Source: an uncultured bacterium
GTDB taxonomy: Bacteria; Babelota; Babeliae; Babelales; Vermiphilaceae
Direction of reading: 5' to 3'
DNA: 64,000 nt
NCBI GenBank assembly: GCA_963707655.1
Contig: OY970172.1
Coordinates: 64,001-128,000, forward strand
Each line of letters starts with the position of its first letter. Position 1 is the first letter of the stretch. The notes under the pieces are model-generated. The model was not told where the DNA came from. It worked only from the letters and a program-made list of their open reading frames with translations, and made no database searches. This document shows positions 9,396 through 22,796 of this stretch, piece after piece. Both the position numbers and the translations under genes were made by a program.

Positions 9396-9423
9396 GCCTA
9401 TGCTCCAAGGGAGCTACGGCTGG
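9393..9423 (+). repeat. CCA-anchored palindromic element after tRNA-Leu(CAG)
   Basis: CCAGCC-TAT-GCTCC-AAG-GGAGC-TAC-GGCTGG. Confidence 0.8.
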
Positions 9424-9657
9424 AAGTAAGAGCATAGCCTGGACTGGGCGCCAACAGAATAAGTTTCTTCCCCCTACGTGGGAATAACATTGAAGGAAAT
9501 GTGTGGCGGGCCATGTCTTCACTTATCTAGATCTTTTGCTGTCGACGAATGGGTTTACCCACTATTAGTCAGATTTTTGACTTTTTTATGGCCATTTGTT
9601 ACTTTTTTATTATATTTACCGACTAATTGTAATTATTTTTTTAAATTGAGGTATTTT

Positions 9658-10023
9658 ATGAATATTAAAGTTATAGCTTTAACCATTGCCAGCATGCCGT
9701 GTTTAACATTTTGCTTCGAGCCTATTTCAATAGTAACCGGTACTGTTGCCGCCACAAAAGCCGGCTATGAATTGTATCAAGCAACGGGTGAGGATGCTGA
9801 GCTGAAAAGAAAAGCTTCAGCAGAAAATTCAAAGCACGAACTTGCTTTGTTGGAGGCGCGAAAAATGTTTTTTGCCTGCCTCTCGCTCAATAAGAGTGCA
9901 AACAAAGACTCGTTAGGCTTTCCCATTACCTGCGCAAAGGAAGTTAATGAATATGAACAAACAGCAGGATTTGAAGAAGTGAATAAGCAGCGTATAGCAT
10001 ATAGAGCAATGTACTCGCGCTAA
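9658..10023 (+). CDS. Hypothetical exported protein
   Basis: GAGG RBS before ATG 9658; signal-like N-terminus MNIKVIALTIASMPCLTFC. Confidence 0.7.
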   Translation: MNIKVIALTIASMPCLTFCFEPISIVTGTVAATKAGYELYQATGEDAELKRKASAENSKHELALLEARKMFFACLSLNKSANKDSLGFPITCAKEVNEYEQTAGFEEVNKQRIAYRAMYSR

Positions 10024-10052
10024 AATAAAGCTCTTTGCTGAAAATTAAAAAT

Positions 10053-10088
10053 AAAAAGCCCATGATCTTAATGACCGTGGGCTTTTTT
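10053..10088. terminator. Bidirectional intrinsic terminator
   Basis: AAAAAGCCCATG...CGTGGGCTTTTTT between convergent genes. Confidence 0.75.
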
Positions 10089-10109
10089 ATTAGGGCTTAA
10101 TTAAATTGC

Positions 10110-10529
10110 TCAAGTTTTTAACAAATCAATATTATTTTTAGCCAAATTAATCAAAGTTAAAAAAAGAGGTGAAGGCAGTGCATCCCATGCAAACCATTGC
10201 CATTGCGTACATTTATCAGGCTCAAGAAGTTGCGGCTCTCCATCAATATAATCAGCCATCATAATAATAGTGATATAATGTTTGTTCTCGTTTGGAAATA
10301 GATCCTCACTAATCGGGCCCTGGCGTATGTTGCCAATAACTAATCCCGTCTCTTCTTTTACTTCTCGTTCGGCGCATTCTTGTAATGATTCGCCAAATTC
10401 TAGATGCCCACCGGGAAAAGCCCAGTGTCCATCGCCAAGGCTATTGCGCCGTTTGCCCAATAAGACACGATTATCTCTTGTTATGCACACTCCAACGCCG
10501 ATGCGGGGGATAGCGGTTGATATATTCAT
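10110..10529 (-). CDS. NUDIX hydrolase (NUDT15/MutT-like)
   Basis: GGHLEFGESLQECAEREVKEETG Nudix box; EPDKC..W.W motif. Confidence 0.92.
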   Translation of the reverse strand: MNISTAIPRIGVGVCITRDNRVLLGKRRNSLGDGHWAFPGGHLEFGESLQECAEREVKEETGLVIGNIRQGPISEDLFPNENKHYITIIMMADYIDGEPQLLEPDKCTQWQWFAWDALPSPLFLTLINLAKNNIDLLKT

Positions 10530-10631
10530 TTTCAATGATCCTGCGTTATAAATAAAAAAAATCTTGCATCTGTTTTGATAGGGCAATTATCTTGAGCATA
10601 CTATACAATTTTTTAAAAAAAGAGGTCTGTT

Positions 10632-11432
10632 ATGCCAGAATTGCCTGAGGTAGAGAGTTTTAAGAAGATTTTTGAGCGCGCGCTTAATAAAAAAATAAGT
10701 GATGTTACGTGCAAAACTCCTTCATTATTAAAAAAAATAACAGCAAAAAAGTTTTCTACCTTATTGATAGGCAAATCATTTTCATCAGTGACAAGAAAAG
10801 GAAAATTTCTTATCACAAAGCTCACCGGCACAGAGTATATGGTAATATTTCATTTTGGTATGACTGGCTGGCTCGAGTATAAAAAGAATGCTGACTTTTC
10901 AGATGAAGATAAAAAATATGGTCAGATTATTTTCTTTTTGCCATCTGGTTACGCGCTTCTGTTCCTTGATAAGAGAAAATTCGCAAAAGTGTATGTGGTG
11001 CATACTATAGATGAGATAAAAACATTGAAAGATATGGGACCCGATGCATTAAGCATCTCTGAAAAAGACTTTTTATCATTATTAGACGCAAAACGGAAAA
11101 GTAATATAAAAGCAGTATTGCTTGATCAAAGCAGTATTGCCGGCATTGGCAATGAATATTCCAATGAAATACTCTTTCAAGCAAAAATTGATCCGAATAG
11201 AAAAATTGGTTCGCTGAGCGCAGCGGAAAAGAAAACAATATATACAAAAATGCGGACCGTCTTGAAAAAAGCAATTACGCTCGGTGGTGTCAAAAAGCTC
11301 CCCAAGTCATGGTTGCTGTATCATTTAAAGATAGTGCGAGATATGCGATGTCCCAAAAATAGCGCGCACAAACTCATACGCAAGACGATTGGTGGTCGCT
11401 CTGCAATCTATTGCCCCGTTGATCAAAAGTGA
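10632..11432 (+). CDS. Fpg/Nei family DNA glycosylase with atypical C-terminal finger
   Basis: MPELPEV, RKGKFL, HFGMTG, H2TH LLDQSSIAGIGNEY and GGRSAIYCP. Confidence 0.92.
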   Translation: MPELPEVESFKKIFERALNKKISDVTCKTPSLLKKITAKKFSTLLIGKSFSSVTRKGKFLITKLTGTEYMVIFHFGMTGWLEYKKNADFSDEDKKYGQIIFFLPSGYALLFLDKRKFAKVYVVHTIDEIKTLKDMGPDALSISEKDFLSLLDAKRKSNIKAVLLDQSSIAGIGNEYSNEILFQAKIDPNRKIGSLSAAEKKTIYTKMRTVLKKAITLGGVKKLPKSWLLYHLKIVRDMRCPKNSAHKLIRKTIGGRSAIYCPVDQK

Positions 11433-11503
11433 TGGAAGATATAATAGATGGCTGAATAAGCCATCTATTACTCATCAAACGAAAATGATAAACTATGAAG
11501 CAA

Positions 11504-11797
11504 TTACTCTAAGAAGCTTTTATTCTCATTTTTTGTTTCGCAACTGTTTTTGTTGCAGCCTGATTTATTCAAATCTGAATAGTCCTCTTCATGATGCCAT
11601 TCTGCTTCTTCGTGAGCCATGGCAGCTTTTCGCTCTAAGCAATGTATTTTCTTTTCAAGCTCGTGTAAGCCGAATTTGAAACAAAGCTTTTCTTCGATTT
11701 GTTTTTCAAGGTTGCAAAGCATGAACTTTGTTTTAAGTTTATCAAGATGTTTATGCAGACATAACAGTTCGAACTCTAATCGTTTTTCTTTACACAT
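11504..11797 (-). CDS. Small Cys/His/Glu-rich coiled-coil hypothetical protein
   Basis: 97 aa ORF with a strong AGGAGG RBS. Confidence 0.65.
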   Translation of the reverse strand: MCKEKRLEFELLCLHKHLDKLKTKFMLCNLEKQIEEKLCFKFGLHELEKKIHCLERKAAMAHEEAEWHHEEDYSDLNKSGCNKNSCETKNENKSFLE

Positions 11798-12000
11798 AAA
11801 ACCTCCTTTTAAGATTTGTATTAATTTCGGGGATCAAGTTTTCCCCTTCTTGATATATTAAGAATATCAAAAAAAGCCTTATAAATTCAATGTTTTTTCA
11901 ACTTTTTAATGGGGAGAAAAGGCGAATTTTATTTTTTTGGATATCAGGAAAAAGGGAACTAATTTTTATCCTGATTCCCCCTCGCTTTGATTTAAAATCA

Positions 12001-12027
12001 AAAAGCCCAGAACGGGTCTGGGCTTTT
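12001..12027 (-). terminator. prfB terminator
   Basis: AAAAGCCCAGA...TCTGGGCTTTT hairpin. Confidence 0.75.
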
Positions 12028-12060
12028 GTGTGTGTATTGTTTTACTTATTGAATAATGAA

Positions 12061-13149
12061 TTACTCTTTTTCATGTAAATCGATAAGATACGCTTCTATG
12101 AATTCCATTAAATCCCCATCGAGCACCAATTCGGGTTGCGGAGATTCCATATCGGTGCGGTGATCTTTTACCATTTTATACGGATGCAATACATATGAGC
12201 GGATTTGTGATCCCCATTCAATTTTCTTTCTTTCAATGGCAGCGTTTTTGGCATCCTGCTCGTCTTTTTGTTTTTGGTACAATTTCGCTTTGAGCATTTT
12301 CATGGCGATTTCTTTGTTCTGCCCTTGAGAACGCTCATTTTGACACTGCACTACAATATTTGTTGGTAAATGGGTAATGCGCACGGCTGAATCTGTTTTG
12401 TTAACATGTTGCCCTCCCGCTCCGCCTGCGCGATAGGTGTCTATGCGTAAATCATTTGGATCTATCACAATTTCAACTTCGGCCACTTCAGGGGCAATGG
12501 TTACCCCGGCAAATGAGGTATGGCGCCTTTTGTTAGCATCATACGGTGATATGCGCACCAAGCGATGGACCCCTTGTTCGCCTTTGAGAAGACCGTATGG
12601 GTTTTTCCCTTTAATAAATAGGGCGGCTGATTTTATGCCCGCTTCTTCGCCCCCTTGATAATCAACCACCTCAACAGAGAGTTTTTCACGCTCGCAAAAG
12701 CGGACATACATGCGCAGGAGCCCTTCGGCCCAATCTTGGGACTCGGTTCCGCCCGCTCCGGAATTGATGCTTAAGAAGCAGTTGGCCGTATCTTGTGGGT
12801 CATTCATAAGAAGAGCTATCTTAAAGGCCGTGATCGCCTTGCGCAAAAGATGGGTCTCGGCGGCCAGTTTTTGCAGCTCCTGCTCGTCGTCCTTAAAAAG
12901 AGAGAGTAGGTCAAGGGTGTCTTGGTATGTTTGGGTAACATATATATAGTGCTCGCGTTGCGTACGCACGCGCTGTAATTCTTTAAGGATAGTGGTCTGG
13001 TCGGGGCTTTGCCAGAAATCCTCCCGCTCGCTAGTGGCATGGAGTTTTTGGTATTGTTCCTCCAGCTTGGCATTTTGCCAATAGCTTTTTATGGTGGCAA
13101 TGTCTGGCTCTATGGCCTTAAGTTGTTCGGAAATATCATCAAATAACAT
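12061..13149 (-). CDS. prfB: Peptide chain release factor 2 (continuous ORF)
   Basis: GAGGTESQDW, RISPYD, GGAGGQHVN and WGSQIRSY motifs. Confidence 0.96.
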   Translation of the reverse strand: MLFDDISEQLKAIEPDIATIKSYWQNAKLEEQYQKLHATSEREDFWQSPDQTTILKELQRVRTQREHYIYVTQTYQDTLDLLSLFKDDEQELQKLAAETHLLRKAITAFKIALLMNDPQDTANCFLSINSGAGGTESQDWAEGLLRMYVRFCEREKLSVEVVDYQGGEEAGIKSAALFIKGKNPYGLLKGEQGVHRLVRISPYDANKRRHTSFAGVTIAPEVAEVEIVIDPNDLRIDTYRAGGAGGQHVNKTDSAVRITHLPTNIVVQCQNERSQGQNKEIAMKMLKAKLYQKQKDEQDAKNAAIERKKIEWGSQIRSYVLHPYKMVKDHRTDMESPQPELVLDGDLMEFIEAYLIDLHEKE

Positions 13150-13399
13150 ATATAGGGTTCCTTTAAAGAGATCATTTTATATAGTCAGTATATCATTTCT
13201 TAACTTATTTTTTGATTATTTATAAGGATATTACTTGCTATGCGCCCTGTGTATCACTATAATAACTGGAGTCTGTTTTTTTATCGGAATATCGATTGAG
13301 TCGACATTTTGAAATATATTTATATCCTCATTGTTCATAAAGGGCAAAGAGCCTTTTTGTTTCCGCATATTATTTTTTTAAAAAAGTTTTTAAAAAGTG

Positions 13400-13427
13400 T
13401 TGACTTGTATGATGGTGCATGTATAAT
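13400..13427 (+). promoter_or_regulatory. rrn promoter
   Basis: TTGACT-16 nt-TATAAT with an AT-rich upstream region; boxA-like TTCTTTGAAA near 13630 and 15724. Confidence 0.8.
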
Positions 13428-13710
13428 TCTAGAGTCTTGTTGATTGAAATAACAAAAAACAGCCGCCAAAGCAGCAACGAAAAGTAGCTGTGGCAGCTCC
13501 CAAAGCCAACTCGGCAAGGGGTCTGTCGCTAGCAAGATTTATTGCAAATTGGTAGCTAAATTAATCAGCTAAAAAAATGTTAAAGTTTTAGTAGCAATTT
13601 TAAAAAAATGCGCTACAATTAAAACATCTTCTTTGAAATTCACGGGAAAACATTAAAAATTTGCCTACCGATAATTTAGAACCTTTGATTTTTCTACATC
13701 AACAATTTTT

Positions 13711-15250
<1,540 letters not shown>

Positions 15251-15370
15251 CGAGGGAGATTTAGTAAGACTCAGTATGCTTTCAGCTATTGCATGTCTAT
15301 ATTATCTTATAGGTGTGAAATATTAGGTTATTTTTATCGGTAGGCGCTAAATTATTTTTCTAAGATTTCT

Positions 15371-15447
15371 GGGCCTATAGCTCAGGTGGTTAGAGCACCC
15401 CGCTGATAACGGGGAGGTCAGTCGTTCAAGTCGACTTAGGCCCACCA
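15371..15447 (+). tRNA. tRNA-Ile(GAT)
   Basis: CCCCG-CT-GAT-AA-CGGGG arm, in the rRNA spacer. Confidence 0.96.
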
Positions 15448-15511
15448 CTAAATATAGTTGCTAGTTCGCAGGAGCGTTCTGAATCCTTAGCTATTGCTCC
15501 AAATAGCGAAA

Positions 15512-15587
15512 GGGGATGTAGCTCAGTTGGTAGAGCGTCCGTTTTGCACGCGGAAGGTCAGCGGTTCGAATCCGCTCATCTCCACCA
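15512..15587 (+). tRNA. tRNA-Ala(TGC)
   Basis: GGGGATG acceptor with G3:U70; anticodon TGC. Confidence 0.96.
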
Positions 15588-15777
15588 ATTTATTATTAGC
15601 CTTGCGTAAGGTTGCGAAATAGTGGCAATTGGCCTGGATTATTAAAAAATATGTACAATTCGTTTTCTCGTTGAAAGAAGTTATTGAAAAAAGTATGAGT
15701 AGTAGTAATAAAAAATTCTTGTGTTCTTTGAAATATTTGTAGATTAAGTATCCAATCAGGTATAGCACTATAAATTT

Positions 15778-18803
<3,026 letters not shown>

Positions 18804-18970
18804 ACTAAACAATTTTCAGGCGTTCGCTGATTGCGATACTTAATCTACGATTATCAATTACACAAGATAAAATTATGCTTTAAGCTAGCATTTTTGGTAA
18901 TATTTGATATGCTTTATGTATACTTTAATACTGACAATAAAAATGTTAGCTTAATTTGAATCAAAAGATT

Positions 18971-19084
18971 TCTGGTGGATATAGCTGTAGGGAAACACCC
19001 GTTCCCATTCCGAATACGGAAGTTAAGTCTACAGCGCCGATGATACTTGCCTGGTAACGGGCTGGAAAAGTAGGTACTGCCAGT
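18971..19084 (+). rRNA. rrf: 5S rRNA
   Basis: CTGGTG...CACCCGTTCCCATTCCGAATACGGAAGTTAAG...GCCAG. Confidence 0.97.
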
Positions 19085-19086
19085 TT

Positions 19087-19122
19087 AAAATAGCCTCGAG
19101 AAATCGAGGCTATTTCTTTTTT
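19087..19122 (+). terminator. rrn terminator
   Basis: AAATAGCCTCGAGAAATCGAGGCTATTT followed by a T-run. Confidence 0.85.
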
Positions 19123-19307
19123 ATAAGAGTTTTTTTATCAAAAATCACTAAATTTTTCCTTCGTATTCCCCCAATTCTTCTTTTTAAGAATTCAGCAGAC
19201 TACTCCTCCCTCGGATATTGGAGAGCGAGCAAGGTATTCTGATCCTCTCTATTCTTCATAAACAATTGTTGCGTAATGATTTTTGCTTGATGTTTTTTGG
19301 AGGGAAC

Positions 19308-19555
19308 ATGACATCAGCAAAACAATATTGTTTGTAATTCTACTTTTCATCACTGCCCACCCGCTGCCATTGCCTGTTGAAAGATCAAGTGCCGCTTTCT
19401 GTTCGTATTACCGAAATCACGCGTTACAGCTTGATCATGAAGCGCGCATTTCAAGAATTGAAAATATGTTGGCCCATGTGGACGAATCATTGGGGACTCT
19501 CAAAGCTGATGTTGATATTTTTGTGCGCGATATGAAGCAAAAAAAAGGAAATTGA
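19308..19555 (+). pseudogene. Small exported coiled-coil protein with apparent 1-nt deletion just after the start codon
   Basis: GGAGGG RBS + ATG 19308 is out of frame with the signal-like ISKTILFVILLF reading. Confidence 0.5.
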
Positions 19556-19713
19556 AAAAGAGAGGGGAGAGAATCTCGCATCTAATCAATCAAAATAGTA
19601 CGCTATTCAAAAGCTATCACAAAAGAGCATCTATCAGAAATATGCGCAGGATAATGATTCTCGGCAATAGCTCTTTGTTCATTTCTCACTTTGTTAGGTG
19701 GCGTTTAAAATTT

Positions 19714-20225
19714 CTAGAGCGTTTTCTTTATTTTTTTTCTTGTTTCATACGGTATGGTGCAGATTTTATACATTGATTTGACCAATTCAAGGCTAGTGTC
19801 TGCTATTATACGGATAGAACCAGCATAGAACAGAGGATGAAGATGAACATTATTTTGCAAAGATACAGGATAGCAGGTGGTCCCAGTGGGAGTGGTTTCA
19901 CAAACGGTAGTTGTTGTTTCTGCGCTGAGCCATTTTTCTAAAGCGACACAGCCGATTAATGTGGTGCATGCTAATCCGGTGCGAACTATATCTCTTGCTC
20001 CAAGACGTATTAAATTCGCTGCATCAGCATAGCTTTTTCGTGCTTCTTCGATAAGTTTTGCATTGCCTATGTATACTCCTTGTGATTCTTCCATGCATTG
20101 ATTAAAGTGATTCAAAGAATGATTTTTAATAGCAACGGATAGCATTTTCTTATGGTATTTGTCTCATTGTTCATAGCAGACAATGAGGAAATGGATAGTA
20201 CGAGAGTAAGGTATATGTATTTCAT
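19714..20225 (-). pseudogene. Exported hypothetical protein, frameshifted near 20165
   Basis: ATG 20225 gives the signal peptide MKYIYLTLVLSISSLSAM, out of frame with the body ORF 19714-20145. Confidence 0.65.
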
Positions 20226-20245
20226 TATTTTTCCTTGTCCAAAAT

Positions 20246-20857
20246 TTATACGAGTTCATCATTATCGGCATTATCGCTGGGTTGCTCCTCTTCAATAATA
20301 GCTAAAATTTGTTGAGCATTGTGCAAGCTGTTCCAATTATTTTTTGCGTATTTTAATGAATAGGCCATCAATACTGCGCCGGCGCCGATATTCCCCAATC
20401 CTATAGAGGCAGCGGACCTATTTAAAACCGGTTGTGAAACTATTTCGCAACGGCCGCAAAAATTTTTAGAAAACCCGATGTGTGTACATTTTTCTTTGCA
20501 TGTTTTATAAATTTTTTCCGCTATATAATCATCAAGTATGTTGAGCGCACCCGATGCAGTAATAAGCGAGCCGGTGGTGAATAATGTGACAGATCGTAAA
20601 ATGCATGCACTATTACTGGGAGCCGAGTCTATTGCACTTTGGGCGTATGGGTGCAAAGCATGCCGTTGTTGATCGCTCAAATGTGGTGCCAGTTCGGTGA
20701 AAGTTTGTACATCTCCCCTATGTATCGCTGCTTGTGCATTCTTAAATTGATCAGAATTGCCCGCATTGAGCATGAAATAATTTTCGTGTGGGGAATCGTG
20801 CATGGCTATTGTTTGAAGAGCTGTTATTAATACAGTAAAAAAAATCAGATATTTCAT
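20246..20857 (-). CDS. Exported hypothetical protein with two hydrophobic segments
   Basis: Start MKYLIFFTVLITALQTIAMHD with AGGA upstream. Confidence 0.75.
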   Translation of the reverse strand: MKYLIFFTVLITALQTIAMHDSPHENYFMLNAGNSDQFKNAQAAIHRGDVQTFTELAPHLSDQQRHALHPYAQSAIDSAPSNSACILRSVTLFTTGSLITASGALNILDDYIAEKIYKTCKEKCTHIGFSKNFCGRCEIVSQPVLNRSAASIGLGNIGAGAVLMAYSLKYAKNNWNSLHNAQQILAIIEEEQPSDNADNDELV

Positions 20858-20995
20858 AAAATTTTTCCTTAAAAGACCGGATGCAATGTAACGCAGGTAT
20901 TTTATTACGTCCGCACAGTAAAGGCAATTTTTTAAGCATAAAGGGCCTAAAGAGTCGTTGCATCGGCAAAAAAAGAATAATTTAAAAGGCACATG

Positions 20996-21032
20996 ACGGG
21001 TGAGTACGGAACATTAATTCGTACTCACCCGT
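20996..21032. terminator. Strong hairpin, probable terminator
   Basis: ACGGGTGAGTACG...CGTACTCACCCGT, a 13 bp stem. Confidence 0.6.
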
Positions 21033-21057
21033 TTTCTATTTTACGTGAAATGACGTG

Positions 21058-21600
21058 TCATTGATTTTTATTTGTCGCTTCGCACAAATCAATACGTTGG
21101 TCTTGGCCAAATAGATAAGCATCTCTTTTTTTAGTTACCATATCCAAAATTGTTTGCGCTGTTTTTTGTTTCTCAGCTCTCTCTTCAGCCGTGGTGTTGT
21201 GGTATAAAGACCACGAGTCAATGACTGCGAGCGGTAAAGAGGTGAAAGTCCCGAACAGTGCGGTAATACTGGCAGCTAAGCCGCCTGCGAGTATTAAAGG
21301 ATTAAATTCTCTCGATTCTTCACCATTATAACATAGGGCCGCTGCTCCAAGTCCGCTTAATCCTAACCCAATTTGAATCACTGGCGTTTTAAAATCGTTC
21401 AATAAGGTTGTTTGATCGTATGCTTCTTTGGCTGCACGGATGTTGAAATTCATCTCGTTTAAAGTACGCTGTCTAGGCAAGAGTTCTTTCACGTCATTAA
21501 TATTTTGCAGACGAATTGCAGCGGATAAGGCATATTCCCCTTCTTCCATAGCGCATAATGGCATAGTTGATAATAAAAAAATGAGAATAGCGCATTTCAT
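21058..21600 (-). CDS. Exported hypothetical protein with hydrophobic hairpin
   Basis: MKCAILIFLLSTMPLCAMEE signal peptide; two TM-like segments. Confidence 0.75.
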   Translation of the reverse strand: MKCAILIFLLSTMPLCAMEEGEYALSAAIRLQNINDVKELLPRQRTLNEMNFNIRAAKEAYDQTTLLNDFKTPVIQIGLGLSGLGAAALCYNGEESREFNPLILAGGLAASITALFGTFTSLPLAVIDSWSLYHNTTAEERAEKQKTAQTILDMVTKKRDAYLFGQDQRIDLCEATNKNQ

Positions 21601-21621
21601 TATTGTCCTTTTATTTTTTCA

Positions 21622-22680
21622 CTATTCTTGGTCAGCATGTGATATCTTCCACATTTCAATATGGTTTTCTTCTTCGGGTCTGAGTGTTGCTAATGCCAAC
21701 ATCGTCCCATCATTGCTGAAATCAAATGGCATAACTCTTCTAATGCCAATGCTCCCCTGAATATCGAGCTCAGTGATATCTAGTGTATTGGAGTCGGTTA
21801 TATGGAGCAAAAATGTTTTTTCTTTTCCAGTAAATTGCGCAATGCATTTGTTAATAGTATGTGGCGGTTGGTTATCTCGCTCCGTCACCACTGATCCATC
21901 TTCAACTATAGCGAACGTCTGCAGCCATTCCCCAGTTTTCGTATCATGCAGTTTGATTAGATTATTAAAGCCAGACATAAGCATGCGGCTATCAGGCGTG
22001 AATGTTAATGAACGGAGCAATCCTGCTTGTGGATAAGGATTTTGAATAGTAACGGATGTGCCATCGCAGATATTGAAAAGGGAAATATTCATCGGGTCCT
22101 TTTCAGGGCTAGAAATTTGATTCCAAGCAGCAATGAGTGTGCACGCAGGATTTATTTTAATACGTGACTCTTGTGCTTTGTTATACGGGAATCTACGAAG
22201 TGTTGTGCAATTCTGAGTATCGATCAAAGAAAGCTCTGATTCGGAAACACAGCATGCTAACAATCTATTGTTAGGATCATAAGCAAGATCCCGAATAACA
22301 GTGTGAGGAAGTTCAATTGTTTGAATAACTTCTCCCTCGGTTGGATTCCAAATTTTTATAACGCCATCCTCGCCGCTAACGGATGCGAGGCTTGGGCGCG
22401 TTATGTCTTTATCAAAAACTAATGATGCGGGAATGTGGCCAGCATCCCACAGTTGTGTCTGCGCTCCACTGGACGTATCCCAGACGCCTGTCATGCTATT
22501 GCCACAAGCCGCATATAATTGGTTATTATTACTAAACGTGCCATTGTAATAGAAGGTGCTTTTTGCCGTGGAAATAATGGGCAGTTTGGTAGCGATTGTT
22601 TTGGTAAGCGCAAGCAGACTAGTCGACTCGCTCGCATACAGAACTGAAAATAGACATAGAGGCAATATGCTCATCTTCAT
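21622..22680 (-). CDS. WD40-repeat protein with signal peptide
   Basis: SGEDGVIKIWN, SLTFTPDSRMLMSG and FSNDGTMLA repeats; AGGAG RBS before 22680. Confidence 0.85.
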   Translation of the reverse strand: MKMSILPLCLFSVLYASESTSLLALTKTIATKLPIISTAKSTFYYNGTFSNNNQLYAACGNSMTGVWDTSSGAQTQLWDAGHIPASLVFDKDITRPSLASVSGEDGVIKIWNPTEGEVIQTIELPHTVIRDLAYDPNNRLLACCVSESELSLIDTQNCTTLRRFPYNKAQESRIKINPACTLIAAWNQISSPEKDPMNISLFNICDGTSVTIQNPYPQAGLLRSLTFTPDSRMLMSGFNNLIKLHDTKTGEWLQTFAIVEDGSVVTERDNQPPHTINKCIAQFTGKEKTFLLHITDSNTLDITELDIQGSIGIRRVMPFDFSNDGTMLALATLRPEEENHIEMWKISHADQE

Positions 22681-22796
22681 ATTCACGAAAGACTCCTTTT
22701 TAGGCAGACGAAAATTAATTATCGAAAAAATCATAGTCCGGTTACTCTTGAAAGTCTATGTAAATATTCGCACAAAGAATAAAGCAGCGATGAGCA

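Noticed and set aside
20995..21006. GACGGGTGAGTA identical to 16S positions 13809-13820
   Set aside because: A 12-mer match between this window and a 1.5 kb gene is expected by chance.
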